Source of the DNA: Chrysomallon squamiferum
Taxonomy: Eukaryota; Animalia; Mollusca
Direction of reading: 5' to 3'
NCBI GenBank assembly: GCA_012295275.1
Contig: CM022667.1
Coordinates: forward strand, 18,104,001-18,168,000
Length of the DNA stretch: 64,000 nucleotides
Shown here: positions 62,966 through 64,000 of the stretch, piece by piece
Position numbering within the stretch: position 1 is the stretch's first letter
Layout of the letters: each line of letters begins with the position of its first letter
Notes under the pieces: model-generated
Databases searched by the model: none
The model's input: the letters and a program-made list of their open reading frames with translations, nothing else
Told to the model about the DNA's origin: nothing
Program-made: the position numbers and the translations under genes

Positions 62966-63584
62966 AGAATATGTTTGTGTATGTGTGTGTGTGTTTCTTA
63001 AAATCTGCTTGAAATCAGCTCTTTAATTCCTATTCTAACCATTTATATTTGGTAAACTTGACTTTGGAGATTTGCAGTCAAATAAAATAAATTACTATTA
63101 TAACTGCAGCATTATCTCCTTGTATAATTTATAATGCTTGAGTACAAAAATGATTTTCAGCCATGGCTTGTTCTATTTGCAGTCCATCTGAGGCACTAAC
63201 AGCCAGCAAGGAAAAAATGTGTCCCATTATTAGTTCCAAAAATGTGTTGCACCTAAAATGTCAGCGGTATTGCCTTACATAAACTAAAATCAACAAGATT
63301 CTTTTGTATCAAACTGTTGATGATGTCTGACCTAAAAAAAACAAGCATGATTCATCCATTTAAGAGACAGGCTGGCTTTTTCACTTTTCACTTATAATAA
63401 TTACACCAACAAAAATGACATTTGCTATAATCAAAATAATCTGTTTAAAATTTTCCTTTTAGCCAGATAAATATTTAAAAAAAAAGATAACTAAATAAAA
63501 ATAAATAAATAAATAATTAAATAAATAATACAATATAATAATAATAACATCAAGAAAAAATACTATGAAAACTAAAAGAATGAA

Positions 63585-63790
63585 AACTATATAGTACTGA
63601 AACATGCTGACAAGTTATATAAAATATATATATATGTACTAATGAAACATGCGACAAGTTACTTTAAAAACATTATACAGTAATGAAACACGCTGAAAAT
63701 TACTTTAGAAAGATATATAGTAATGAAACATACTGACAAGTTACTTAAAAACAATATATAGTAATGAAACATGCTGACAAGTTCTAAAAG
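63585..63790. repeat. ~39-bp minisatellite, about 5 copies
   Basis: Unit atatagtaatgaaacatgctgacaagttacttaaaaa. Confidence 0.85.
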
Positions 63791-64000
63791 TGATATAAAA
63801 TGTCACAAAATCAACTGCAACAGTTGTATGAAAGAATATTTTTCACTATTCACACCTTTCAAAACTGTAGCCATTATAAAATTACAAATAATTTTCCTTA
63901 ATAATTCATTAAAACATGCATTATAAACCACAGATTATTAAGGGAACTCACACCCAATTGTCAGATATAACTTTTCATTCATGCCCAGTCCTACCAGCCA

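Overview
AT-rich, intron-containing animal DNA. Microsatellites and degenerate SINE-like fragments suggest an invertebrate, probably a mollusc (inference). The window holds two intact paralogous ADAMTS16/18-like metalloprotease genes arranged tail-to-tail: gene A on + (21 visible coding exons, 20982-33511) and gene B on - (21 visible coding exons, 61629-40125). All intron positions and phases match between them. Both keep the HEIGHNFGMFHD zinc motif and the domain order metalloprotease, disintegrin-like, TSR, Cys-rich, spacer, 5 TSR, PLAC. Their 5' exons (signal peptide, early prodomain) were not found and probably lie outside the window. The non-coding DNA contains a ~10 kb 40/44/64-bp satellite (6495-16608), a young Sola2-type DNA transposon derivative with ~620-bp TIRs (55058-57909), a ~1.4 kb TIR element (450-1832), an 85-bp-arm foldback hairpin, a templated insertion and many private minisatellites. 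The most unusual feature is that three splice junctions of gene A have been tandemly duplicated. One is an 8-copy array of the 3' splice site whose first copy is exactly 300 nt upstream, in frame and stop-free. All coordinates were read by eye; no alignment or database search was run.
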